From Lama glama (Eukaryota), in the NCBI GenBank assembly GCA_028534125.1, contig CM052817.1, positions 67,706,001 through 67,770,000 on the forward strand: 64,000 bases of DNA, read 5' to 3'. Below the pieces are notes generated by a model that ran no database searches, had not been told where the DNA came from, and worked only from the letters and a program-made list of their open reading frames with translations. Position numbers and translations under genes: made by a program. Shown piece after piece: positions 1-10,624 of the stretch. The stretch's first letter is position 1; every line of letters starts with the position of its first letter.

Positions 1-153
1 ATCTGGGAGTCATCAGCAGAGATTTCACAGACAAATTCATGGAATGGACATGCACCCCAAAATAAAGAGCAAAGTACAGTTCCATCCAGGAATCCAGGCT
101 GAATGAGCTGAGAAGGAGGTCATTTATCAACAACAACACGAATCTATTCTCGA

Positions 154-300
154 TCAGGCTTCTCAGCCTTGGCAGGACATTAGAAAGATTGGGGACCCTG
201 AAAGATTACCACAGTCTGGGACCCATCCCAGACCAATTCAATGTGGCCACTGGGACCATGGCATTAATATCATTACCAAATTAAGGTTTTGAGAAATCTG
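154..300 (+). mobile_element. MER5-type hAT-Charlie non-autonomous DNA transposon remnant
   Basis: cttctcagccttggcaggacattagaa...ccatcccagaccaatt...ttgagaaatctg resembles the MER5A1 consensus. Confidence 0.5.
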
Positions 301-3300
301 GACAATTCTAGACATATAAAAAACTTTAAGCCAGACCTCTTAATCCTGTACTATGAGAAGCAACCCAATTTTCTAGCATTTTCTACATAGAAATGAGAAA
401 TAAAATGAAGTATATGAATATATCAATAGTGGCTTTATCTGTGTAAGACTTTTGGTATCTTTCTCCTGAAATTTCCTTTTTTTTTTTTCATCTTGTTCAA
501 CATTTTAGTTGTTTCCACTGGAAGAGTCTTTCAGGGCATCAAGTCTGGACAACCATTTTTAATAAGAAAAAGAGGGATTTATCTGTAAGTTTTCTCTTTC
601 TCAATTGTGAATGCTTTTAAAATTTCAGGGCCTAGTAAGAGATTCTTTTTCCTATTTCTTTGTTTTCTTTACACCTATTTGGATATTGTCCACACCTAAT
701 GCTTTCAAAGATATTCTTAACTTAGGGAATCCTGGTTTAAAATCAAATGTAAAAGAAACCAACAAAAAAGTTTAAACAATTTTCCAAATTTTTTAAGTTT
801 TTTTTTCTTTTTCTGATCACTTCACATTGGATAGGAAAGGAATAAACTTCTAAGAGAAGCAGCCCATCCCAAATTTTGCTGTGCCCATCAAGGGGAATAA
901 CTGTGCCTCTGTTCCACCAGTTGCCCTGAGGGATGATACCGGATGGGCAGAGGAAATCTATGGAAATTATCATATGTGCAGATAAGGCTATGATATTGGA
1001 AAATTAACCCATTCACCCACCTTTCAGAACACCTTATCCCAGATACAAAAGAATGATTTTAACTAATACTCATAAAATCATGTTAAGTATTTAACATGTG
1101 TTTTTCGCTAGATAACATTTACAAGGGGCTTACTATGTAATTTAAAGATAAAGAAACTGAGTCCAAGAAAAGTTAAGTATCCTAAGATCACATAACTTGT
1201 TCTAAAGAAGAAACAAACAGCTCACTATTCAATTCTAAATTAACTGGGAAACAATTCACACACACACACAAATTAATATAGAAATGTAGAAATGTAAAAC
1301 CTAGAATGTCAGAAACAAAAAAATTGGGGGGCAGGGACAAGATTTTTATATCATGAATTTGTTTTCTTCTTCACATCCTTCTAAATGCACCATGTGTCCC
1401 TAGCCTCTCCCCTATTATTATCTGCATAACAAGTTGTGTGCATGTACCACATTAAGAGCCTTAGAAACATTTGACAGCAGGGATTAGGTCCCCTGGTAAC
1501 CTCCCTCTTTTGCAGGCTAACCAGCCCCATTTATTGACCTGCTCTTCACAGTGACCTCTTCCTCCTCCTGGTTACTCTCCCCCAAATTCCTGAGGATATC
1601 TACATCTTTTTCTGAACTCTGTGCTCTGCAGAAGTAAACATATTTAAAATGAAGTTCAATCAAAACTGAGACGGAATGAAAGTCGCCTGCTTCGGTTTTG
1701 GTACTTTCTGTCTTGTTGCTTATCTCCTACTGGAATTATTCCTATCAAGTCCCATTCCATCTTCACTGCTGACACTCTAGGAACAACCTCAAGTCTTGCC
1801 CACAGCTGCTGGGGGCCAACCCACATAGTTCGCGCTTATGCTTATTTATTTCTCCTTTTTACAAGGTGTTAGATAGCTGTGAAGTTCTTTTTAACTCACC
1901 ATCAGAGTGGCCTAGACATGGCAAGGGAAAATCACGTGGAACAAAACTCTATCCAAAATTCACTGAAGAAAATTTAGTAACAGTCGTCAGACACTTAAGT
2001 CTTGGTGTTCATCCTATATGAAGTTTTCAGAAAGTTTCTATGATTAATACCAGAGAAATACTTTCAAATGATTCTTTTCTCTCCATAGAGGATTTCTAAA
2101 ATCATCATGGGGTACCCCTAGAAAATTTACAAAACCAAGCCATATTTTCTAGAAGTGTGTCCTTTATTATAAATGTTAGTTTTCATTTGATTGGGGGAGG
2201 GTAACTTGTATTTTTATCATCTCATCAGAAGACAAAATTCACACTGCATTTTACATGGAGACAGGCATCTGGCAGGGTAAAGAAACATGGAAGTTTCTTC
2301 AAGGAAGAGCCAAGCCTCCATGATCTCAAACTGAATGAGTGGGCAGAAGGAAGCCTGTGAGATTGTGATGGCACAGGGTTGCTTAATGAAGAGAATGGGG
2401 ATGATCAAAGTTGAAATAGAGGCTAAGAGTAAAGAAAAGACAGAGTAAGAAGGAAGGGAAGTAGCAAATTGAGGTGAGAAAAATAATAGTTGTCAAAAGG
2501 ATAAAGTTATAGCATCAAAAGTTAAGAAGGGATCGGAAGTAGGAAGAATAAAGGATGATTTACAAAAGAGGTGGAATAATTCACAAAAAATCACTGTGAA
2601 TAGAACAATCAAGGGTACAGTAGCTAAGAACCCCTGTTTCCTAGGAGAAGACTTTAATACACAGATATTTCCTCATGTTTAATATTGGCTTAGTATGAAG
2701 TTAAGAAATGCTTTACTTTCAGAAATCCTGGCTAAGTGAGCCGAAGAGAAGGTCATTGATCAAGAAGGAGGCAGGACTTCTCAACCTTGGCAGCACATTA
2801 GAACCATCTGGAGAACTTAAAAATTGTTTAATTTTTTTACTTGATTTCTCTTATAGTTGATTTTTTTTAACTCTGTAAGTAGAATTTTTTAAAAAGGAAA
2901 ACAGTAATGCTTTCTTTTCACTTTAAAGCTATACTCAACAGACTCATTACTAGACTTGTGGAAAATTACCTCTCTAGTTTTATTGAATTTTTCTGGAGTG
3001 TTTGAACTTTAAGACAGCTTCCTTCCCTTGCAACTTTCTTACAATTTTCACTTTGAATTTTTTATGGAGTCACGGTGAAATGCTTCTTCAGTATTTCTAT
3101 ACTGAATCAACACTGATTCCCTATTCAAATGATGTCCCCCTGGAGAAAGACACTAATTTCAAGATCTATACAGCTAAACAAAGTCTTAAGTTCAAGCTTC
3201 CCATCATTATCAACAGATTGTGGAAAAAATAAAAATACTAGTTAAAATACTGAAATGAAACTAGTGGCTTCTGGGGAAAGCATAATTTTCAGAGAAAAAT

Positions 3301-6300
3301 AAGATGCTTTGCATGAAAATAGTCCTATCAAACATATAAATTTTCAGGAAAATTATATCATTGTTGCCACATGGTTAATGATCTAAAATTCATATTAAGT
3401 ACTTCTTTCTATACCACTTAAATTTAAATATCAAAATTTTCTACTTGCAATTCTAAGATACAGATAAAATAGTTTTTAGAATAGTCCTACTTTTAAGAGA
3501 AACCAGAACTATTTTCTTACATGAAAAATGTATTTTTATACTTTTGAAACATTCCCTCCATATATCAAACTGAAGGAATTTCTGATTAGTTGATACTGTT
3601 AACCTAGAGGTTAAAAATAAGTACATGACAACATTGTAGTATAGCAAAAAGGGGAACTGCTATAGAATTGGGCTATAAAAATAGCCAAAATTTTCAGCCT
3701 AATGAATAAATGTGAAACACGTAATTGTTTTCTGAATCACTAAGCTTTGCCATCCAACTGTCCAACCCTTCACTTTACTTAGACTGGTAGCTGGTTTCTC
3801 CCAGTGATCTTTCAGAAGAGGGCAGGTTTGATTAAGTCAGTTGAGTGTCTTCTTTTACCCACCAAGGCTGAGCTCCCTGTTCTCATAGGAACTCTATCAC
3901 GACACATCTCTCAGCTTTCAATCATGTTTCTCTATCTGACCTGAGTATTCTTTACTTCTCTACACCTGTCCTTTAAGTATCACATCTTCCGTAAGACCTT
4001 TCCAGCTATCAAAGCTCACTGTTCCACTCTCAATCTTAGCAGAATCACAAAGCCACAGACAGTGTGAAAGGAAAGTGGAAAAGAGGCTCTGGTATGTTAG
4101 AAACACTCGTCCTTTTATGTTCGTCATGGCAATCAGCTATCACAACATGTTGTCTGGTCACTAGCTCCCCTGTTGAGGAGGATAAGGGAACTTGTATTTA
4201 TTGTGTGTTTACCATGTACAAGTCCTTCCCACAAGTCTTACTTCATCCACACACCCATCCACTGGATGCCATTCCTTAAAAGACACCTTTATATTACGGT
4301 TTACTGAGTACTCCAGCTACAGGAAAGAAAGGGTCAGCATAGCCTAAATCATCACCATTGGCAAACTCTCAAAATTCAACTGCTCACTGTAAATTCATAC
4401 TAAATAGCAAGCAGTTTACCTAGGAATGCAGATTATGACATAAGCATGTCTTAACAGCATGATACCTGGAATTGGGCTTCCCCAGTCATCCCACTGAGAT
4501 TTGTTTTTCTACGTCAAAAGTCAATTTAAAAACATCTGCTTTAAAATCCTTCCAGACCAAAATAATATCCATCCTACTCTAGACTGGAGCCTATCAAAAA
4601 TCTAAGAGAACTAACAGCTACAGGACAGCTGATGCATGTGTGAACCATTCATCTAATTCATGTCCTTGAATCTTACACCCTAGAAAACAGTATACTCAAT
4701 CCTTAGAGCTTCTAACATTAAATCTACATTTTATTGTTTGGTCCTCAACTTTTTATCTGGCCATTATGTCTTCTCCTTAGCCTACCGCATTCCCTCTGAC
4801 TCCAAAAACTGTCTGGGGGTCAGAGTCCATTTTTTTTTTTCTCTCTCTCACACCTGAGTCTTGGCACTTGTCAGAGAACAATGTTCTACCTGGAACATTC
4901 AGCATCACCACTTTTACAGTAGGCTAAAACCTACAGTTTCTTCAAAATTGGCTCCATTTATCCCCACCAGTTTCAGGGATGATCTGACAGACATGTATGT
5001 GGGTAACACAGAGGAAGCCCACCTGCTTTATCAGTCTCTTTACTTCGGTCTTCTCCATCACCCTCAGCTCCATGTGGGCAGGATAGTGAACAGCAATAAA
5101 ATGAACAATGACCAAAGTAAAACTAGGAGAAAAGAAACACGTAGCATCAAGAACTCAGAACAGTTATAAAATTAAACTTTCTTTACAAAATACACCAGCA
5201 GGAAGTGATTCATGAAGATGTTATCTGTTTATAGTGAGATGACTGGGATTTATGCTACCAACGGCTTTGAAGATGTAGGGTGTATATGAAATCTCCATAA
5301 AACTATTATCTTCCTTCCTAAGCAAATTCCCAAAGATAGAAATGAGAGGAAAAGCAGAGACAGCTTTGATTACATAAATATCTGAAAAGTTATTACTAAT
5401 CAGAAACAGACTTTCAGAAAAGATGGTAGTATAGGAGCAGATACCTAAAGCCCTTCCTAGAAACTGAGCCAAATCACAAAAGAAAAACAAGAATAGGTAG
5501 AGATCTGCATCCATGTTCACACTGATCAAATTCCAGTGGCAGACACTTAATCTATTCTATTTAACTTAAGCAGAACTTAAGCAGATTTTTCTTTTTACAT
5601 GATTTTAGATAGCTATCCGAATCACTAGAAAACTTAACAAAGAAACTCCAAGTTAACTTTTCAGAAATGACTGAGAACCACAACACAGAACCAAGCTATG
5701 AAGAAAATGCCAGCAGTACAGTCAGGCACCTGCCTGCAAAACTCAGATGCTGCCACCTCATAAACAGGAAGCCACAACAAAAATAGATACCCCAGGATGG
5801 CCCAGAGTCCTAGCTAAGAGTGTATAGAAAACGTGCTGTTGAGTTGTTCAGGCTCCTTAACAAGGCGCAGCAAAAGCACCAAGAATTTCTTTCACTAGAT
5901 ATAATGACTAGCTTGAAGAGCTCATTAGAACACAACCATGATTCCCCTTCCTCAGGAATAGTGATGATACGCAGGGAGGAACTAAGGAAACCCCAGGGGG
6001 GAAAAAACCGAAGTGCCTTTAAATTAGAGGGGACAGGGCTAGAGGTGAGGTTGCCATCACTCAGCTTGGTGTCCTGTCACCAGCTCATACTAGGGCTATG
6101 CTACCTCATTGGGAGAGGAATGCTGGTCATACCAAATAAAACTATGCAATGTTTTCTGAAGTGGCTCCTCATAAATGTAGTAGACTTTTCCCAACTGGAA
6201 ATGTATTCTTCTAAAGTGTAAGAGCACTCTGTATTTCTACCAACAAGGTACAGCTGTCTCTAGAAGCATCACATGCCTGGGGTAAAAGCTATATGACCCT

Positions 6301-6399
6301 AAGACACTCTCAGACAACCAAATTGTACAGAGCAGATTCTTCTGTAGATGTATTTATCTTCCTCCCGACTCCCCTCAGACTGATATATGACTGATAATT

Positions 6400-7150
6400 T
6401 AAAGCTCTAAAAGGAAGAGGCCAAAATAGGCGTAAATACTACTTGGGGGAAATAGGAGGCCAAAAAAAAAATAAAAAAGTCATTTACCATCTGCATCATC
6501 CACAGGAAAATTAAAGAAAATTAATGAGACAAGAAGTAGGGACAGATTATAGAATACACAAGACCACAGATGAGAAGAACAGTAAGGCGGAAAAATAAGA
6601 AAACAAATAATGGAATGGTGGGATTTTAAATGGCCAATAGAAGCAGTAATGATTAGATTCAATTACAGAAAATAAACTGTAGAGAATCTTCCAGAATTAG
6701 ATTTTAAAAGTAACAGCAAATGAAGTAGATAAAATATATAAAAAAACAGATCAGATATCTAATATATAAATAATGGGTATTCATTTAACAAATGGTTTTA
6801 GACATCTTTGTGGTTGGCTTAAAACAAAATATTAGAAAAAAACTTTCCTAAACTGAGAACAAATCCAAGCAGATAAAAGGGCTCATGATGCACTAATAAA
6901 AATAATGAAAAATAACGAAATCTTTGTTACATCATGGTGAAATATTGGAGAAGGGAAGGGAAAGAAAAGGAAAAATGAGGCTAGGCTTGAGCTCTTTAAT
7001 GACAGGAAACAATGGGGCAATTTGCATGGAAGTCTCAGGGAAAAGACTATGAGCCAAGAATTCTATACTGAAATGAGTTCACATATAAAGGCAAAAACAT
7101 TTTCAAATATATTTCCTCAAATTTTTGCATACCACTCTAGCAATCTTCCC
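6400..7150 (+). mobile_element. Old L1 (L1M-type) ORF1-region remnant
   Basis: A-rich degenerate sequence with L1 ORF1-like motifs (aaactttcctaaactgag, agccaagaattctatact). Confidence 0.5.
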
Positions 7151-7309
7151 TAAAAAAAAAAAAAAAGATACTTGATTATTTCAGTCAACCAACCAACCAA
7201 CACAGCAAGCTATAGACTTCAAAAACAGGTAAGCTATGACATAAAAGACTGTCAGGTGGCAAGTTATAGAATACTATCCAAAACTAGCTCTAAAAATGGA
7301 GACTTTGGG

Positions 7310-7710
7310 GTACGCAAACATCAGTTTTTTTCAGCGGACTGGTGCAAGAATTGCCTTAAAGACCAAGGTATTTTCCACCCATCCATTCCTTGTTGTATGC
7401 ATGTTAGCTTTCATCCTCCTAAATATATAGCTGCTACCAGGACAGACATCATTCCTCTCACATGCATGAGGGACTAAAGAGTGAAAAAGAGAGCTTTCTA
7501 ATATACATTATCTCTTTTTCAACCAAGAATTCTTTTCCAAGAGTTTCCCAACAGTATTTCCTTATATCTAATAAGCCAAAACTAGGATGCATGGCTATCT
7601 CCAACTGCAGAGGAAGTTAGGAAAGCGCTGTCACTTTCAGGCACTATCACTGACAGATTGTCTCGGAGAATTGGAAAGAGGAAAATGAATAACTGTCAAC
7701 CAAGAGTGTA
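7310..7710. mobile_element. MLT1-type MaLR LTR remnant
   Basis: Contains MLT1-like ttccttatatctaataagccaaaactaggatgcatggctatctccaactgcagaggaag. Confidence 0.5.
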
Positions 7711-8982
7711 TGTCCTCCAGCATTTATACATAATTATAGTTATCGTAAAGTTTTGTAAAACATCTCTATGCTCTTTCTTAAAAGATAAAAGATATTTTTA
7801 ATGTATTACATCCAAACACAACTTAGAATATAACAACAAAAATCAAAAGGGGCTTGATGGGGTCGGAAGGAGAGTGAGGAGGTCATGGTCAGTGCTAAAG
7901 CTGTTACGGGAAAAAGAGTCCCTCCTTCCTTCTAAGTCTCTTTCCTTTGTTTATAGGATACACACTAAAATGTGTAATCCTTGCTCTTAAAGATTGTTGA
8001 GAGACAGGAACAATTATCCAGACAATATAATGAGGACCATCCTGTGAGTTCAGCATTTCCTTAACTCCCCACCCTCACTCCATCCTCAAGCTGCACCAAA
8101 ACTAAATGATGACTTCTGTAAGAAATTCAGATATTGAGCTTACCCATCTGGCCCATTCTCACCTGCTGAAAACTCCTTCTCTGATACTCACTCCACAGTG
8201 TGAAAACTGAAATAGTATTGGAGACTCTTAAGTCCATGTTCCTAACTTAACTGTCTTAGGTCTTGCATCCTGTCCAGTCCTGCACCCCCCAATTCCCACA
8301 GGGGTCCCCCTTCTACTGTAGAATATCAATTCTCTCCTCTAAACTTCAATCAAGACAAGGCGTTAACAAAAGAAGGGAAGAGGAGTAAAGAGAAAAGTTG
8401 TGGTCAGCTTAAGAATTTTATCCATTATTTCTCAGTCTGCCCAAGTGAAATATTTATCCTATTTTTTGAGGGAAAGAGAACTTTGCACTCCTTTCAATTC
8501 TCTCTCCACTCCCAACAGATTTTCTTCCATGATTCTCATCCCCTGGAAACCAGTTCACCCAGCCTTAATGCCCATTTCTAGGACACTAAAGGGTTTATTC
8601 TTTCCTGAGGCCAGAACAATTAAAATAACAGGGCTTTCCCCATCACTGAAAGATAAATAAAAGCTAACCTTTTTCCACCTCCAGTGTTTCCACAATCCAC
8701 CACAATCCACAGCCTCCTCACTTGAGCCTTCTAGGGAGGGGAAGGGGGTATGGAGTGGGAAAGAAGAGGAAAAACTAGGCATTCTATGAACTTGATCTAA
8801 CAATCCTGCGGTTTTAGGGGACCCGAGCAGAAACCTTCTAGGAAGTGGACCGTTTTGCAGCTGGCTCCTATTAAACAGGTTAAATTTCTGGAGAAAATAC
8901 CAGGAGCCTCCCTCACCTCATTAAAAACAACTGTATCCACCCAAGGTTTAGTCCTCTCTCTTCCCAGTACATAAAAACTCAC

Positions 8983-9133
8983 AGTGGGACTGTCCCAAGG
9001 GTAGCCCAGGAGTTGAGCCACATCCTCGTCTCGCATGGCTAGCAACTGCTTGAGTTCCTCATTTTCCCTGGGAACTGCCGCCTCCTGCTTTGGAGGTTTC
9101 TCACCATTGTCGGCCAACAACCCTCCCTCTTTT
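8983..9133 (-). pseudogene. SSX2IP-like exon (ENxELKxxL motif)
   Basis: (R)[50 protein letters not shown] aligns without gaps to recalled [43 protein letters not shown] if the acceptor is ttgccg| (AG to CG) after a long pyrimidine tract. Canonical phase-0 donor ACT|gtgagt at 8983/8982. Confidence 0.7.
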
Positions 9134-9263
9134 CGGCAAGATGGAACAGGACACGGACAAGAAAGACAAACAAATAGCTCAAAGCTCACCAAAATATTCC
9201 AGCACACCTCTTCCAAGCCTTTACACCCCTAGACTTCCCACAAACTGCCCCCTCCATCCTTAC

Positions 9264-9341
9264 CTACTGTTCACTTTGCCAGTTTTCCGTGCAGTGGTCT
9301 GCTTCCCATCTGACCTCCTGGGTTGTTGAGAACGTCGGTCT
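9264..9341 (-). pseudogene. SSX2IP-like exon (DxLN..GRxDGK..TGK motif) with 1-nt frameshift
   Basis: (E)TDVLNNPG then -1 shift to [18 protein letters not shown]. Canonical phase-2 donor AG|gtaagg at 9264/9263. Inferred acceptor is cccgg (AG to GG) after a pyrimidine tract. Confidence 0.75.
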
Positions 9342-9432
9342 CCGGGTGGGACGAGAGAAGGTGGAGGGTGCCATGGCAAGTAAGGAGCTTTCTCCCGGGA
9401 ACGCATCCCTCCACCTCCAAATACTAACTTCC

Positions 9433-9547
9433 CCCAGCGATTCCACCTTTTCCTCCGCATCTGCCGCACCTGCTCCCGGAGCTGCCTCAGCTCCTGCTCC
9501 TTCCTCTTCAGCTCACAGTCACACTGCACCTTCCGGCTAATTCGCAA
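9433..9547 (-). pseudogene. SSX2IP-like coiled-coil exon (KRKE motif)
   Basis: Acceptor ctcctccgacag|TTG at 9548/9547. Reads LRISRKVQCDCELKRKEQELRQLREQVRQMRRKRWNRW-G. The inferred phase-1 donor reads ggaagt instead of gtaagt (9432-9427). Confidence 0.7.
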
Positions 9548-9864
9548 CTGTCGGAGGAGGTTGTGGAGAGGACGTGACCACGGCTTGACCTGTGACCTGA
9601 GCCTGGACAACTGGAGACTCCTCACTCCCACCCCGTCCTCGAGATGTACGTTCCGCCCACGGTTCCCACAGCCGGAGCCATTTCAGTGATGCAACCCTGA
9701 CAGAGCAACGGGTTGCTGAAGCCATCTGGATGGTACTATACATACATTAAGGCCACTATACAAACTTAAGATTCTGGCGGATGGGTGCGGAGAGCTATCC
9801 GCTTGTGGCCTCCAGAGATAAGCCTGGTAAGTACGTTCCCTCGCTTTTTGGAACCGCCGCCTAC

Positions 9865-9972
9865 CCATCTGGAGTGACTGCCTCTTTCTTCCCTCTCTCC
9901 TTGTCCTCGGTATGGCGAAGCCAGGCTGCAAACCAGCAGCAACCGGTTGCAGTCGCTTTAATGCAGGGGATC
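9865..9972 (-). pseudogene. Candidate SSX2IP-like exon, 108 nt, phase 0/0, in-frame TAA
   Basis: Acceptor cctttcctgtttaag|GAT at 9973/9972 and donor TGG|gtaggc at 9865/9864. 36 codons (DPLH*SDCNRLLL...). Position, size and phase fit the recalled EQLETS...EKDE exon, but amino-acid similarity is weak. Confidence 0.4.
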
Positions 9973-10127
9973 CTTAAACAGGAAAGGCACACTCAGGACC
10001 CTCAGAGCCACCGGCCAGCAAAAGTAAGTCCGACCCTACACCAGTGGAGAAAAAGAATAGGCCCTTCTCCGTGCAAGTATGGAGGGCAAGTTATGGAAGG
10101 CGTGCCATCCTCGGCCGCCCCCCGAAC

Positions 10128-10293
10128 CCAAGGCCGGGTCCTCTACCGGCTGCCACGCCTGGCCCGAGTCACACAGCCCCTCGTTCTGTTCCTCGAGCCC
10201 CTCTTGCGGAGCCTAAGCAGTAACAGGCTTTTCTCCTCGCGCACCACACCCAGGCGCGGAGCAGGGCGGGGAAGGAAAGCCGCTCTTCCAAAA
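10128..10293 (-). pseudogene. SSX2IP-like exon remnant (ADIP domain N-terminal part), frame-disrupted
   Basis: SGFPS (10284-10270)~FGFPS, LLLLRLRK~LLVLQRK and APQEGLEEQNEGL (10212-10174)~LAQENVETQNLKL occur in order but not in one continuous frame. Boundaries uncertain. Confidence 0.45.
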
Positions 10294-10478
10294 CTGCGGT
10301 TCTCAGGCAGGAGCGGGCATCAGCGTCGCCTGGGGGACTTGTTAAGCCCGACTGCAGAGCCCACCTCCAGAGTTTCTGATAAAGTAGGTCCAGGCTGGGG
10401 CCCCAGAGTTTGCGTTTCTAGCGGGCTCCCACATGTTGCTGGTGTGCTGTTGCAGGGATCACACTTTGAGAACCACTT
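10294..10478 (+). mobile_element. MER5A hAT-Charlie element, essentially full length
   Basis: ctgcggttctca...gcatcag...cctgggggacttgttaa...ccagagtttctgat..agtaggtc...gatcacactttgagaaccact follows the MER5A consensus from end to end. Confidence 0.8.
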
Positions 10479-10624
10479 ATGTAAACACTACCCTGGCTTC
10501 TTGTGCCTTCCCATCTTCCTGCTTTCAGATTCTGAGCAGCCTTCATTGGCAGGAAGTGACCGAGGGCGCTTTAACTCCTCCCTGTGCCAGTTCTATCATA
10601 TTGGAAATTTTAGGGAAGTGATAC

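Larger units (their letters stand above)
8983..10293 (-). pseudogene. SSX2IP-like: Intron-containing (unprocessed) pseudogene of an SSX2IP/ADIP-family coiled-coil gene; divergent paralog, not SSX2IP itself
   Basis: Collinear minus-strand blocks resemble human SSX2IP (recalled from memory): APQEGLEEQNEGL~LAQENVETQNLKL; SRKVQCDCELKRKEQELRQLREQVRQM~[52 protein letters not shown]~[44 protein letters not shown]~[20 protein letters not shown]. The blocks are separated by short introns. Lesions: TAA at 9960-9958, a 1-nt deletion near 9316, and non-canonical splice sites. Confidence 0.75.
9020..10430. promoter_or_regulatory. CpG/GC-rich island
   Basis: Abrupt rise in GC and CpG density against the CpG-poor, AT-rich flanks. 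GC-box GGGCGGGG at about 10264-10271. Obs/exp ratio not computed. Confidence 0.7.

Noticed and set aside
743..973. 76-aa minus-strand ORF / possible exon
   Set aside because: No recognisable homology in any frame and no convincing donor.
5221..5529. 102-aa minus-strand ORF with an acceptor-like site
   Set aside because: No recognisable homology or partner exons; composition typical of random AT-rich ORFs.
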